Source of the DNA: Camelus ferus
Taxonomy: Eukaryota
Assembly: GCF_009834535.1 (NCBI RefSeq)
Contig: NC_045707.1
Location: 58,840,001 to 58,904,000, forward strand
DNA length: 64,000 nucleotides
Direction of reading: 5' to 3'
Both the position numbers and the translations under genes were made by a program. Shown here piece by piece: positions 41,659 to 52,150 of this stretch; within the stretch, counting starts at the first letter, position 1; every line of letters starts with the position of its first letter. The notes below the pieces were generated by a model. That model did not search any database. It worked only from the letters and a program-made list of their open reading frames with translations, and was not told the origin of the DNA.

Positions 41659-41820
41659 CCTGGGTGTAGCCTCAAGTTGCCTGCTGCCAAGTGCTGCTGC
41701 TGCTGCCGCCGCTGCAGAAGGAGGTGGAAAGACACTGGGGGCAGTACTCGGTCTAGAGCATCCCCACACTGCAGCTTCTCTAGGAATCCCTCCAGTGAGG
41801 AGGCGGCCGCCCATCATCTC
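41659..41820 (-). other. candidate first exon (5'UTR) containing a CAG/CGG tract
   Basis: Lies immediately downstream (minus sense) of the dual CCAAT boxes. Possible GC-type donor CCAGG|gcaagc at 41659/41658. The 5' boundary is a guess. Confidence 0.4.
41694..41717. repeat. short trinucleotide tract (CTG)4(CCG)2CTGCAG
   Basis: Directly read: ctgctgctgctgccgccgctgcag. Confidence 0.9.
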
Positions 41821-41974
41821 CCAGCCCCGGCCTCCTGATTGGTTCCACCTCGGGTACGCTGCGCGGAGGAACCAATCCGGGCGCACTAATAATAGGTGGA
41901 TCCGCTCAGCCAACATCGTCCATCCCAGTTCTGTTAGTGTCTCTCCATCCCCACAGCGGACAGGGACCTAAGGA

Positions 41975-42002
41975 GGGGGGCTGAGGAGGGTTGGGGGAGG
42001 GG
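41975..42002 (+). promoter_or_regulatory. canonical G-quadruplex motif
   Basis: GGGGGG-ctgagga-GGG-tt-GGGGG-a-GGGG fits the G3+N1-7 x4 pattern. Confidence 0.6.
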
Positions 42003-45000
42003 AGTGAACTAAGAGGGGAACAGATCCCAAGGAGAGGCAATCAAGGGCATCCGGTAAACCCTCTGGGTAGTCGCAGGAATGCCCTGCAACCTGTTCTGCG
42101 AGCCATAAGCACGGGAGAGGGAGACAGCATAATACAAAGCAATTTCTTTCTTTCTTTCTTCTTTTTTTTAAACTTTCAATCAAAACCTGACCCTATACTG
42201 AGCATGCCCAGACTGCAACGGCTCCCTAGGAGTTCTGATGTGTGTGGGTTTGCTGGCTGTGGGTTTTGAAAACGTGGGAGAGGGGAAGGAGAGGAAGAAG
42301 TTTGTCTTTGGCCATTTGACCCGGTGGAGTTGTGAAAGCAGAGCAGGGCGGGGATATGAAAGGATTCCATACGAGCGTCCTCAAACTGAGCCACAGGAAG
42401 GTGGCCTTCTGGGCCACCGGAGGCTGAAAGTATTATTGTCTGGGTTCTCGGGTGGAAGCGGGGGTAGAATAATCTAAGCCTTGTTAGATGCCTGGAGACT
42501 TTTCTTGAAGGGTGCAGTGGATCAGAGATGCAGGGGACGCTCCCTCCCGTAGGTGGGGCCAGGGAGCGCGACTCCACCCAGCAGCGGGGGCTGCCAGGCA
42601 GCGGAGAGCGGAGAGCGCTTTGGGAGTTTCCACTGCAGCGACCAGTAAGTTTGTAGACTTGGGTCGAGTGCGATATTGTTGGGGATGCAGTTTCTGCCGG
42701 CCCCCTCCCCCACCACCCTCCACCCTTTGCCAGCGCAGTGACGACTAAAGAGTGGGTTCCCTCCCTCCTTCCTCTCTTTTCCCTGAACGATTCTGCTCGG
42801 AAGTAAGAAGCTTTTCCCTTGTCAAAGCGGTGCTGACCTGATTGTCTCTAAGCTCTGGGGCAATTTATAGCTTGGTAATACCGAGAGATACCGAGCTGGG
42901 AGGTTCAGCGAGTGGGGGAAGGGACAGCGAGCTGGGCGAGGGGCGGAGCGGAACCTGGCGCCGGGTGGGAGCCGGTCCATTCTCTGCTCCACAGGTGAAA
43001 GGCTTTCAAAATGCAGAGAAGTATGGTCCCTTTCTCACTCACTGACCTTGTTTAACGGTCTTTGAACCTCTGGTTTGTTTCGCTTAAAATCCTAGCAGTT
43101 GTGTAAACTTGATCAATAGCTACAAAAGAGAACTCTCCTAATCGTGTTCTTTATTTTACTGAGAAGACCATCACAGCATCTCAGTTAAGGAAATAAATAG
43201 CTATCTCAATTCCCCAAACCCATCCACTTTGAACCGGAGTTTCATTAACATTGGTTTGCAAAGGTAACTGTATCAAGAATTCAATTAACAGTAACACATT
43301 TCTTTAAGTTTTAATTAAATCTCTCCAATTTATATAATGTTTAAGATCCTTATTCTAAGTATAGGGGGAAAGAAGACAACCTGATAAAAAGTAATCCTTT
43401 TCATGATAAACTAACCTGTGTGTTCTACAAAACTGTATCTCTATGTAAATACGTATCTTCCATTTAAAAAATATTCCTCAAATCTTATTTTAGAACAATT
43501 TCATAGTTGGAGAAAGCTAATAGATGTTATTTTAAAATCAACTTTGAGTATTTGATGGAGAACAAAAAAGGATGAGGAAGAGGAGCAAAAGAAGAATCAA
43601 CCACCTGTCTAATATTGTTTGCCATTAAGTATCTTCATTAAGATAGGATCATTATTAATCTAAAAGATATTTTGATTCTAAAAATACTCCTAATATAATC
43701 TCTAGATTCCAATAATTAAAAGCTGCATGCTTTCAAAAGCTACATCCAACAGCTGCTTGTAGAAACAGGTACACTCATTTTAGAAGAAATTATTAAGTAC
43801 AATATGATTCCATATTAGTTATCTCTGTTCCAGACTCTGCTCCTATCATCAGTATTTCAGCCAATTTCTCTTCCTGTCCACCTTACATCCTTCTCAATAA
43901 GCAGCTCTCAGTGGTCAGAATTCTAGACAACATGAATGGTGGTAGACATTTGTGTCCCAAAGTTCCTTGTGGGAGATTGCAAGCTAATGTAAGAAATGGG
44001 TTTTACATGTATATTGTGCTTAACTTTAGAATTAAGAGCATTTCTGATCGTGAATATCAAGAAGACTCTACTTACACACTGTATATAGATACACTGTAGT
44101 TTGTGCAGAATTAAGATTTTTATTCTCTCCCCTATTCTTACGTTCTCCCCAAGCTCAGAGAATGAACTAAAGATATCTATCTGGGTTGAATATCATGCTG
44201 TTCTGTTGCTGAGAGTAGATACCATCTCTTTGCCTCTATAGTAGACTCACCTCCATTCAAGGAAAGAACAGGTCAATTGTCTTTTGTCTTTATTCCATTT
44301 CTCAGGTACTTTTAAAGTCTAAAATCTCTGTGTCTTATGCTACTGACTTTGAACTCATCTCCTGATTTATATGGTAGTTTTAAACAATTATTTGCTATTT
44401 TCAGAGCTGTTTTTATCTTTTCTATTCAGTGTTTTGCTTCAAAAACCCACTTTTGTTCATTTTTCTTCACATTTTTGCTCTGAGATCTCGTCACCATTTT
44501 CTTTTTCAATGGATTCATCTATTTACTACCTTAATGTTCTGTTTGCCATCTATTTTAGGCTACAGGCTCAGAATAGAAATTAAATTGGATTGGGGCACTT
44601 AGGAGGAAAGTGTGTCTTATGGCAAGAGTGGGAATTAGAGACTAGAAACCAGAAATTCATTAAGTGCAAACTTAGTCAAGGTTTTCTATAGACCACAGAA
44701 GGAATACGGAAAGAATACATGAGAGAGGTACCAAGAAAATTCTCCACGTTGTGTAAAGGCTTGATGACTGGTACTGAAGAGTTCCATGTAGTCAACACTC
44801 TGATATGTCATTAAACTTCATATCTATAATAACCACACCAGTTGTCTGGCGAAATCTACTCATAGGTATCATTATTCAGCGTTGTGAAAAAAAAGAAAAG
44901 ATATCAATTTTTCTATATTTTGCCTGAAGAGATTTTTACTTTGTTTATATAGATTCACGTCTCATTATTCATTTTATTTTATATCTATATATTTTCTGCC

Positions 45001-45059
45001 ATTGCCTTTCAAGATACAGCCTCCTCACCCCCTCCTCTCTAGGACAGATGATTCACTGA

Positions 45060-45300
45060 TTGTTTTCTGGAGCAAAACTTTGGATAGAATTCCTGCTTCA
45101 ACACTAATTGTCTATTCGATCTTGAGAAATGTACAAAACTCCTCCGAGCCCCAAGTTTTCTCATCTGTGATATATACATAAGACCACAACATGTATCTTT
45201 AGGTTTTGCTGTGATGGTTAAGTAATGCAGTGTATATGAAGTACCAGTTCCAAGTACCTAGCAAGGACTTAATCATATTAACCATTATTATTATTTTATC
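45060..45300. mobile_element. MIR SINE
   Basis: gaattcctgcttc..cctccgagccccaagttttctcatctgtga..gatggttaagtaatgcagtgtatatgaagt..cattattatt. Confidence 0.65.
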
Positions 45301-46459
45301 ATTATCATTCCTATTGTTATTGTTTTTCAGATTTCTAGGAGATGGGATTCCTCCAATCATCCAATCCATTTAAGGCAACAGTGAAGTGTACATGCTTACT
45401 TATGAGCAATGAAGTTAGAAGAGACTTAATCCATCTTGTAAGAACTTGTTTACACATAATCTTCTGTCTTGCAAGTGTTGATCTCAGACTGTAAGCTTCT
45501 AGGAGATGAATAATTTTTAGAGAATGTGCACTTAAATATTTTTTGTCACTAATATTTAATTTATATTACTCTTTAAGAAAAATCTAATTCCAGTGCTAAA
45601 AATATGAGCACTGATTTTTTTTTTTTTAGGAAGAAAGTGGAGCCATCCACGTGTTTTAAAAATACTTAAAGACAGTGGAGCCATCCTTTTTGGTTTCCCT
45701 TCCAGCTCTTTCTCTCAAGAACATTTTGGTTTGACGGTACTGCTAATGATTTTATAGCCAACTGGTAAGGAAAAAACATCAGGGCTGTATCAGAATTAGA
45801 TAAAAAGAAATTAACCACTTGGCTTTTTAAGATGGAAAGCAAGAGTTTTAAATAAAGAGAATCTAGCAGTGAAAGAAGAAAAGAAAATGAATACAGATGG
45901 AAGTCACATCAAATCTTCGTCTCTGGGGCAGAGAGTAAAAGCCCCATGATTGAACTACAATACTTCATAATTTCCAAAGAAAAGAAAGACCTAGCAGTAT
46001 TCAATGTGGCTTTACAAAAGCCATTTCTTAAACTTATGGCTAAGAAAATATTGAAAATGAAAAGGAGGACAGCGACTCAAAAAGTAATATACAGTGTCAG
46101 GCTGCGGAAGTTAGGAAAGAAAATAATATTTAGGCGAACCTACCTCAAGGGTAAAATAAAAGCAGTTTGAGCTAATGTTAGCCGAAGGTCTCAGAGAAAA
46201 CAAACGATAGATTTTCCAAACACTCTCTCATACAAGGAATATACTGTGGTGAAAACAAGTTCCTAACAAAGCAGAGCAAAACTAAATTTTATATTTTTTC
46301 CCTTTAAAATCAGAGGGAGAATTTCTGTTTAACGAGATATATAAGAGAATGATAGTTCAACATCTTTCTTCAATGTATGTGGGGGGAAAAAAAGTGTGTA
46401 TGGAGAAATTTACTTGCCAAAAGCCATAGAGTTAGTTAAGGTAGGGTAGCGCATTATTA

Positions 46460-47850
46460 AGATAAGGAAGATCTTTCCTATTTCTGGTTTACTTTTTAAT
46501 TTTTTTAAATTATGTACAGATGTTGAATTTTGTCTAGGTTTTTTTTGCATCTACTAAGAAGGCAATTTTCTCAGTTTGTTAATGTGGTGACTTATATTAG
46601 TATGTATTTTAATACAGAATTAACTTTGCACCTATGATAAAAATTAACTCTCATATAAATTTATCTTTAAAATAAATTACCGCATCTGCTTTGATGATAC
46701 TCTGTTAAGATGTCTGCATTGCTATTGTTGACTAAGATTTCACTGTAATTTTCCTCTTGAGCTATGCTTGCTCATTTTGATTCAAGGTTACTGCAGCATC
46801 AAATAACACGTATTGGGTCTGTGTTCTTTTCACTGTGTAGCAAAAAAAAAATTCACATAATTTATAGATAGCTCGTTTTATGCCCTGTATACAAAACCTT
46901 TGCTTACTCTAAAGTTATTTTTTAAATTTATTTATTTAATCTTTTTTTTTTAATTTATCTTTTTTTTTTAATTTATCTTTTTTTTAATTTATTTTTTTTT
47001 AATTGAAGTATGGTCAGTTTACAATGTTGTGTCAGTGTCTGGTGTACTACTCTAAAGTTATGAAGACAGTTTCCTAAGCTTTCAGCTAAAATATTTGCTT
47101 GTTACTTTCAAAATTTAAATAGGCAATCCATCTGGAATTGATTTCTATGCATGTTAGACTGCGGGGTCAAGATTTATTTTTATTTTCCATGTGGATAGCT
47201 GGTTGATTTCAACTTCTTATTTTTACTACTTTTTTATTGATTATAGAACATATACCATTTACTTACTACAATCTCATACACACTTTTCTATTTACCACTT
47301 TCTCAATAATGCTGTAAGCTAGGAAAATGTAATTCCATTTATTCCCATGCCATCATTAGCATAAATCTGCAATTTAAATTATACAAATATTTAAATCTAC
47401 ATTATTATGCTTAGTTTTATACAATATTCATTTATCTTTACCTACAAACTTTTGTTGTTCTTTTTCATTGTTTCTTTTTTTTTTTTAATCTGCTTTTATC
47501 TGGATTTGGTTTCCTCCACTTGAAAAACATCTTACAACATTACAACTTGTGGAACAAATAAGCTATTCACAAATTATCTGAGCTTTAGTTTGTTTTAAAA
47601 TATCCTCATCTTAATTTCTGAAGTATATTTTCACCAGAACATAGAATTGTAGGCTGATAATGTGTGTATATTTTCTTTCCCCCAGAACCTCAGAAACATC
47701 ATTCCACTATCTTCTAGTTTGCATTGGTTTTGATGAGACATGAGTGATATATTTTTTTTCTTTCTCAGATTACATAAAACATGTTCATTTCTTTCTGCTT
47801 TTAGAATTTTCATTTTTTAAACAATTTCAGTATGATTTGTTTGATTTCAG
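46460..47850 (-). mobile_element. old degraded LINE-1 fragments (L1M/L1ME-like), antisense
   Basis: Antisense ORF2-like text (gatgttgaattttgtc..ttttttgcatctact..tttgttaatgtggtga; atccatctggaattgatt). Boundaries approximate. Confidence 0.6.
46919..47047 (-). mobile_element. LINE-1 3' tail nested in older L1
   Basis: attgaagtatggtcagtttacaatgttgtgtcagtgtctggtgtac preceded by a patterned poly(T); perfect 14-bp TSD tactctaaagttat at 46905-46918 and 47048-47061. Confidence 0.88.
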
Positions 47851-47864
47851 TTTTCTTTGTGTTT

Positions 47865-48030
47865 AGTTTATTGGAATCCAGCCACACCCATGTGTTTATG
47901 TATTGTCCATGGCTGCTTCCACACTACAATAGCAGAGATAAGCACTTGGTACTCCCAGAAGTTGTATGATCTTCAAAGCTTAGAATGTTTGCTGTCTAGT
48001 GTACAAAGAAGTTTGCTGATTCCTGGCTTA
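47865..48030. mobile_element. hAT-Charlie MITE (MER58A-like)
   Basis: tttattggaatccagccacacccatgtgtttatgtattgtccatggctgcttccacactacaatagcagag...aagtttgctgattcctg resembles the MER58A consensus as I recall it. Confidence 0.75.
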
Positions 48031-48420
48031 GGCAAGTATGTGGACCTGAATGAAGTCAGCAACAATGAAATGTGTAAGTTGGGACTCATTTGGGAGATGT
48101 TCAAAAGATATATTTAAAAGTCTTCCAGGTTTGAGGTAGGAGGTGATGGAGAGGGAGAAATTTAGACAAGAGACGAGATTTCTGAGTTGGTTAACTGAAT
48201 AATTATTAGAGTCATCGACTAGAGAGCAAATAAAGAAAAAGCATGTTTTAAAAAGAATGTAGTTCCATGTGGGGTTTTAGAGTTTAAGGTGCCTATGGAA
48301 AAGAGATAGGGTGATGTGACTTAGATCAATAATACCTAGGTCTGGGAATTTGGTCAAGGTTAGAGATAACAATTTGGGGATTGTTACTGTTAATTTGTGA
48401 TTGGATTCATAGAGAGAAGT
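48030..48420 (-). mobile_element. L2 fragment, antisense
   Basis: gatggagagggagaaattt..gatttctgagttggttaactgaat..gagtttaaggtgcctatgg..ttagagataacaatttgggga. Confidence 0.55.
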
Positions 48421-50609
48421 AAGAAAGAACACTCTTGCCATTTATATTATTTTTCTAGCATAAGCTTTTTAACAAGGGAATAAGCAAGCATACTGGTATC
48501 TCAAATTTAACCCTGCTTAAAATGTTCCTTAGATCTTAATTTCATATAAAGAATACCATGAAGAGATACCTTTACTTATAACAAACGAATAATAAAGTTT
48601 ATTTGTAAGGCAACTGTTTGGAATTTATATATATTTGAATGGAAACACTGTCAAAATACTCCTCTAGAGAATTCATAAAACCCTACATGAGCTATTATAC
48701 AAGGTTTGGTACTAATAATCTCATGTTGAGCATCCCTAACCACCACTTCTAATGTTGTTTCTATAGGAGAAAAACATCAATACTGTATCTCAGAATGTCA
48801 AAAAAAAGATCTTTTTAAAATTAGCGTATTTTATAATGGCAATACGTTGTTTTTTAAGGAGTATTTTACCCATATCATCTTAATCTTCTAGTCCTCTGAT
48901 GTCATTTCCATTGTTCCCACTTAGCAGAGGATGAAAGAAGGTCGGGTTGTTTAAAGGGCTTGCAATTAAGGGGAGCAAGCAGTATAACCTAATTCTACCA
49001 ATGCTACGTCTTTTGTTTTACCCATTCTCCCTCTTTACTGTCTGCACTGGTAGTGGCAGAGCACACATCGATGCCAGGAAAATACAGAAGGGAGTACCCA
49101 GGGCTAAGTTCAGGGTATGCCAATAAGCATGAACAAAACTTGGAGCAACCAAGCAAAGGTAGTCATTTTAATTCAATGATCAGAGTAAGTGTTTTTCCCA
49201 AGAGATGAAAGAACCATGATGGTGTTGGGTTAAAGAGTGAGAATTTAACATTAGTGATGTTGAGATGAGCAGATGGGGAGAGATTCTGTGCATATCTTAA
49301 CACATCAGAGGACTTTAGAATTGATTAGGAGAAGCTCAGTGAAAAAGAATACGGACTGCTTTGAAAACAGGTAGCAAAGAGCCAGTAGATAATGGTAATT
49401 TAATCAAGCTTGAATTGACCTAAATTTTGGGAAATTAACTTTGCTGTGCTGCCTATTCCTAAGGCTACAAGATGGATATTTGCTCACAAGAGAGGGACTA
49501 ATAAAAATTAAAGTATATGTAATTGAGATTTCGATGATTTGACATTGTTTGAAGTTCTTAACTCTCTTATCATGAATATTTATGTTAGTCATGCCAAAAC
49601 ATTCAGCCTCATTTTAATAAAAGACCTAAGAAAGCTGCATCTTGCAGGCACATAATTTAAACAATCTACTCAATGATTATTGCTTATTTTATTATTTTCA
49701 AAATGTCTCCATTTTTTCCTGCTTAACTATGGGTTTCTCAGCTGAATGATCCATGTGTTCATACTTTCACTTAAACTGCAGCGTTTTCCAAACATTAAAA
49801 AACTGAACTGCAATTTTTATTTAATTTCAATTAGAATAAACATTCAATTCTCTAATGTGTAAGATTTTAAGTTTTATATGGTACTTTAAAATTTTTGTTG
49901 CGTTTTATCTGTTGGCAAAGCACATACTGAATCATGCTAAAATTAAAATGATTAAGCAGTCTATATTGTTAATATCCCCAGAAATTGACAGACATTGAAC
50001 TTTTAAATATAAAATAATTTACAGCTTAATTATAGTAATTTTCTTTAAATAACTGTCTTAAGCAAGTATTTCTTTAAAAACTGCCTCAAGCCTCAATTCT
50101 GTTGTTTTTCAAGTAACCAATTATAAGATAGAAACTCATTTCATATCCTTTCTTCTTTGAAAATATCTTCCTTCTGAATGCCTCACAATATTTTTTTGCT
50201 GTTCGCTTTTTTGCAAAGTTGTTAAAGCTTTAAGTTTTTTGTCCTTTATAATTACAAGCTTAAGGCTTAATAGATGTTTAACACATGAAGCTTATGGAGA
50301 AATTTATGGAAAGTTATTGCCTGTCTATTTATTATTTTTGTAAGTCTGTAGCCAAAGGTTTGGTTGTGGGTCTGTGAGCATTACTGAGAAGAGCTGGACA
50401 TGGAACAGACAGATGCAAGACGAGCTAAACGCTTACATGTAATATGCCAGATTCTATCTGGTACCATGTCTGAGGCACGAGGGCCTTCACTGAACAATTG
50501 CTACAGCTTCACTTTTATTGTTCAAACGTCATACAAGTATCTCTGGACAACCCTATTTTGGCATCATACACAGAAGATGATTTTGGAAAACAGACCTCTT
50601 ATCTAACCA

Positions 50610-52150
50610 CACCAACACAAAAACATATGAGACATATATATGAAATAACAAATTCAACGTTATCACTTACAGATTATATATTTCCATGTGCAGAAAATAT
50701 AAAGGATCTACAAACATAGTCTTAGAATGAATTTACCAAGTGTTCTAAATGGTCAATATACAAAAAGAATTGTAATATCTATTAGAAACAAATAATTAGA
50801 AGTGATATTTAGTATTACATCATGTACAATAACATCAAGGGATATTAAATACCTAGAAATGAATCTAATAAAATATGGTTATGAAATCTACGTTAAATAT
50901 TATAAATAAAGCTGAGAGAAATTTAAGAAAATAAATAAATGAAAAATACCATATTCTTATAGTAAATAATAAATCAAAATTTCTGTTATTAATTTATAGA
51001 TCCCGTTCAATAGCAATTATAATGTAAATTGAGAAGCTACTAAAAATTTATATGACACTGTAAAGGTTTTATAGTTTCCGTGAAATTCTCAAAGAAGTTC
51101 AACAGAATTAAAAGTCTTACACTATTAGATAGTGAAACTTACTATAAAGGTTTATATTCATAACTGTGTGTTACTGGTACAAGAATAAACAAATAGTGGG
51201 AAATATACACAAAATGTTATGATAACTCACAGAGAAAAAAATGTGACAACGAGTGTGTATATGTCCGTGAATGACTGAAAAATTGTGCTGAACACTGGAA
51301 TTTGACATATTGTAAAATGATTATAAATCAATAAAAAATGTTAAAAAAAAAAAAAGAATAAACAAATAGTTCAATGAATCTGAAAGTAGAGTCTAAGAAC
51401 ACTCCCACATATATATAGTTACCTAATTTGTAACAAAGGTACTTCTATAATTCAGTGGGGGAAGGACTTATTTTCAACAAATATGCTAAGCCAATTGGGT
51501 ATTTGTATCCAATTGCATAACGGAAATAGGTCAGAGATCTAAATGTGACAGCAGAAACGATAAAGCTTCTGTAATAGAGTATAGGAGAACATCTTCAACA
51601 TCCTGAGGTAGGCAAAGAATTCTTCAGTAAAACCCAGAAATAGCTAGCCATTAATGGAAGGACTGACATAATGGACTTCATTAAATTAAGAACTTCTCAT
51701 CATCAAAAGACACCATTAAAACAATGAAAAAGCCGATCACTAATTGAGAGAAGCCATTTGTAATGCATGTATCTGACAAAGGATTTAACTCCAGAATGCT
51801 TACAGAGTTCGTAACTTCTTAGAACAAGCTAGGAACTATAAAAAAAAAAATACTGACAAATTAAACTTTATCGTTATTAAAAATCTCTTCAAAAGAAACT
51901 TAAGAAACTTAATAGACAAACTACATATTCAGAAAACTTATTCATAAACATGTATCGGATTTGTATCTAGGATATATTAACAACTCCTAACAACACAATA
52001 ATAAAAAGTCAGCTGAACAATTTAAAAAATGGAGGTCAGAATTTAACATATGCTTCACATAAGATAAATGTATGAATGGCTAATAAGTACATGAAAAAGT
52101 GCTTAGATCATTCATCTTCAGAAGATTTCTAATTAAAACCACTCTAAATA
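50610..52150 (+). mobile_element. old LINE-1 ORF2 fragments (L1M-type), degraded
   Basis: Degenerate ORF2 motifs (acagattatatatttccatgtgcagaaaat; gacttcattaaattaagaacttctc; aatggctaataagtacatgaaaaagtgct). Confidence 0.75.
51198..51353 (+). mobile_element. young camelid LINE-1 3' end nested in older L1
   Basis: Ends aatcaataaaaaatgttaaaaaaaaaaaa; perfect 17-bp TSD aagaataaacaaatagt at 51181-51197 and 51354-51370. Confidence 0.9.

Larger units (their letters stand above)
40800..43000. promoter_or_regulatory. CpG island promoter of an unidentified (probably minus-strand) gene, possibly bidirectional
   Basis: Sharp rise in GC and CpG density against an AT-rich, CpG-depleted background. CCAAT boxes at 41838-41842 (ATTGG) and 41872-41876 (CCAAT); GC boxes GGGCGGGG 42346-42353 and GGGGCGGAG 42940-42948; adjacent splice signals. 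Confidence 0.9.

Noticed and set aside
40753..43045. Many overlapping 60-218 aa ORFs on both strands, including the poly-Ala ORF 41315-41971
   Set aside because: Expected in a GC-rich CpG island where stop codons are scarce. No recognisable domains, and the poly-Ala/Gln comes from the CTG/CCG tract.
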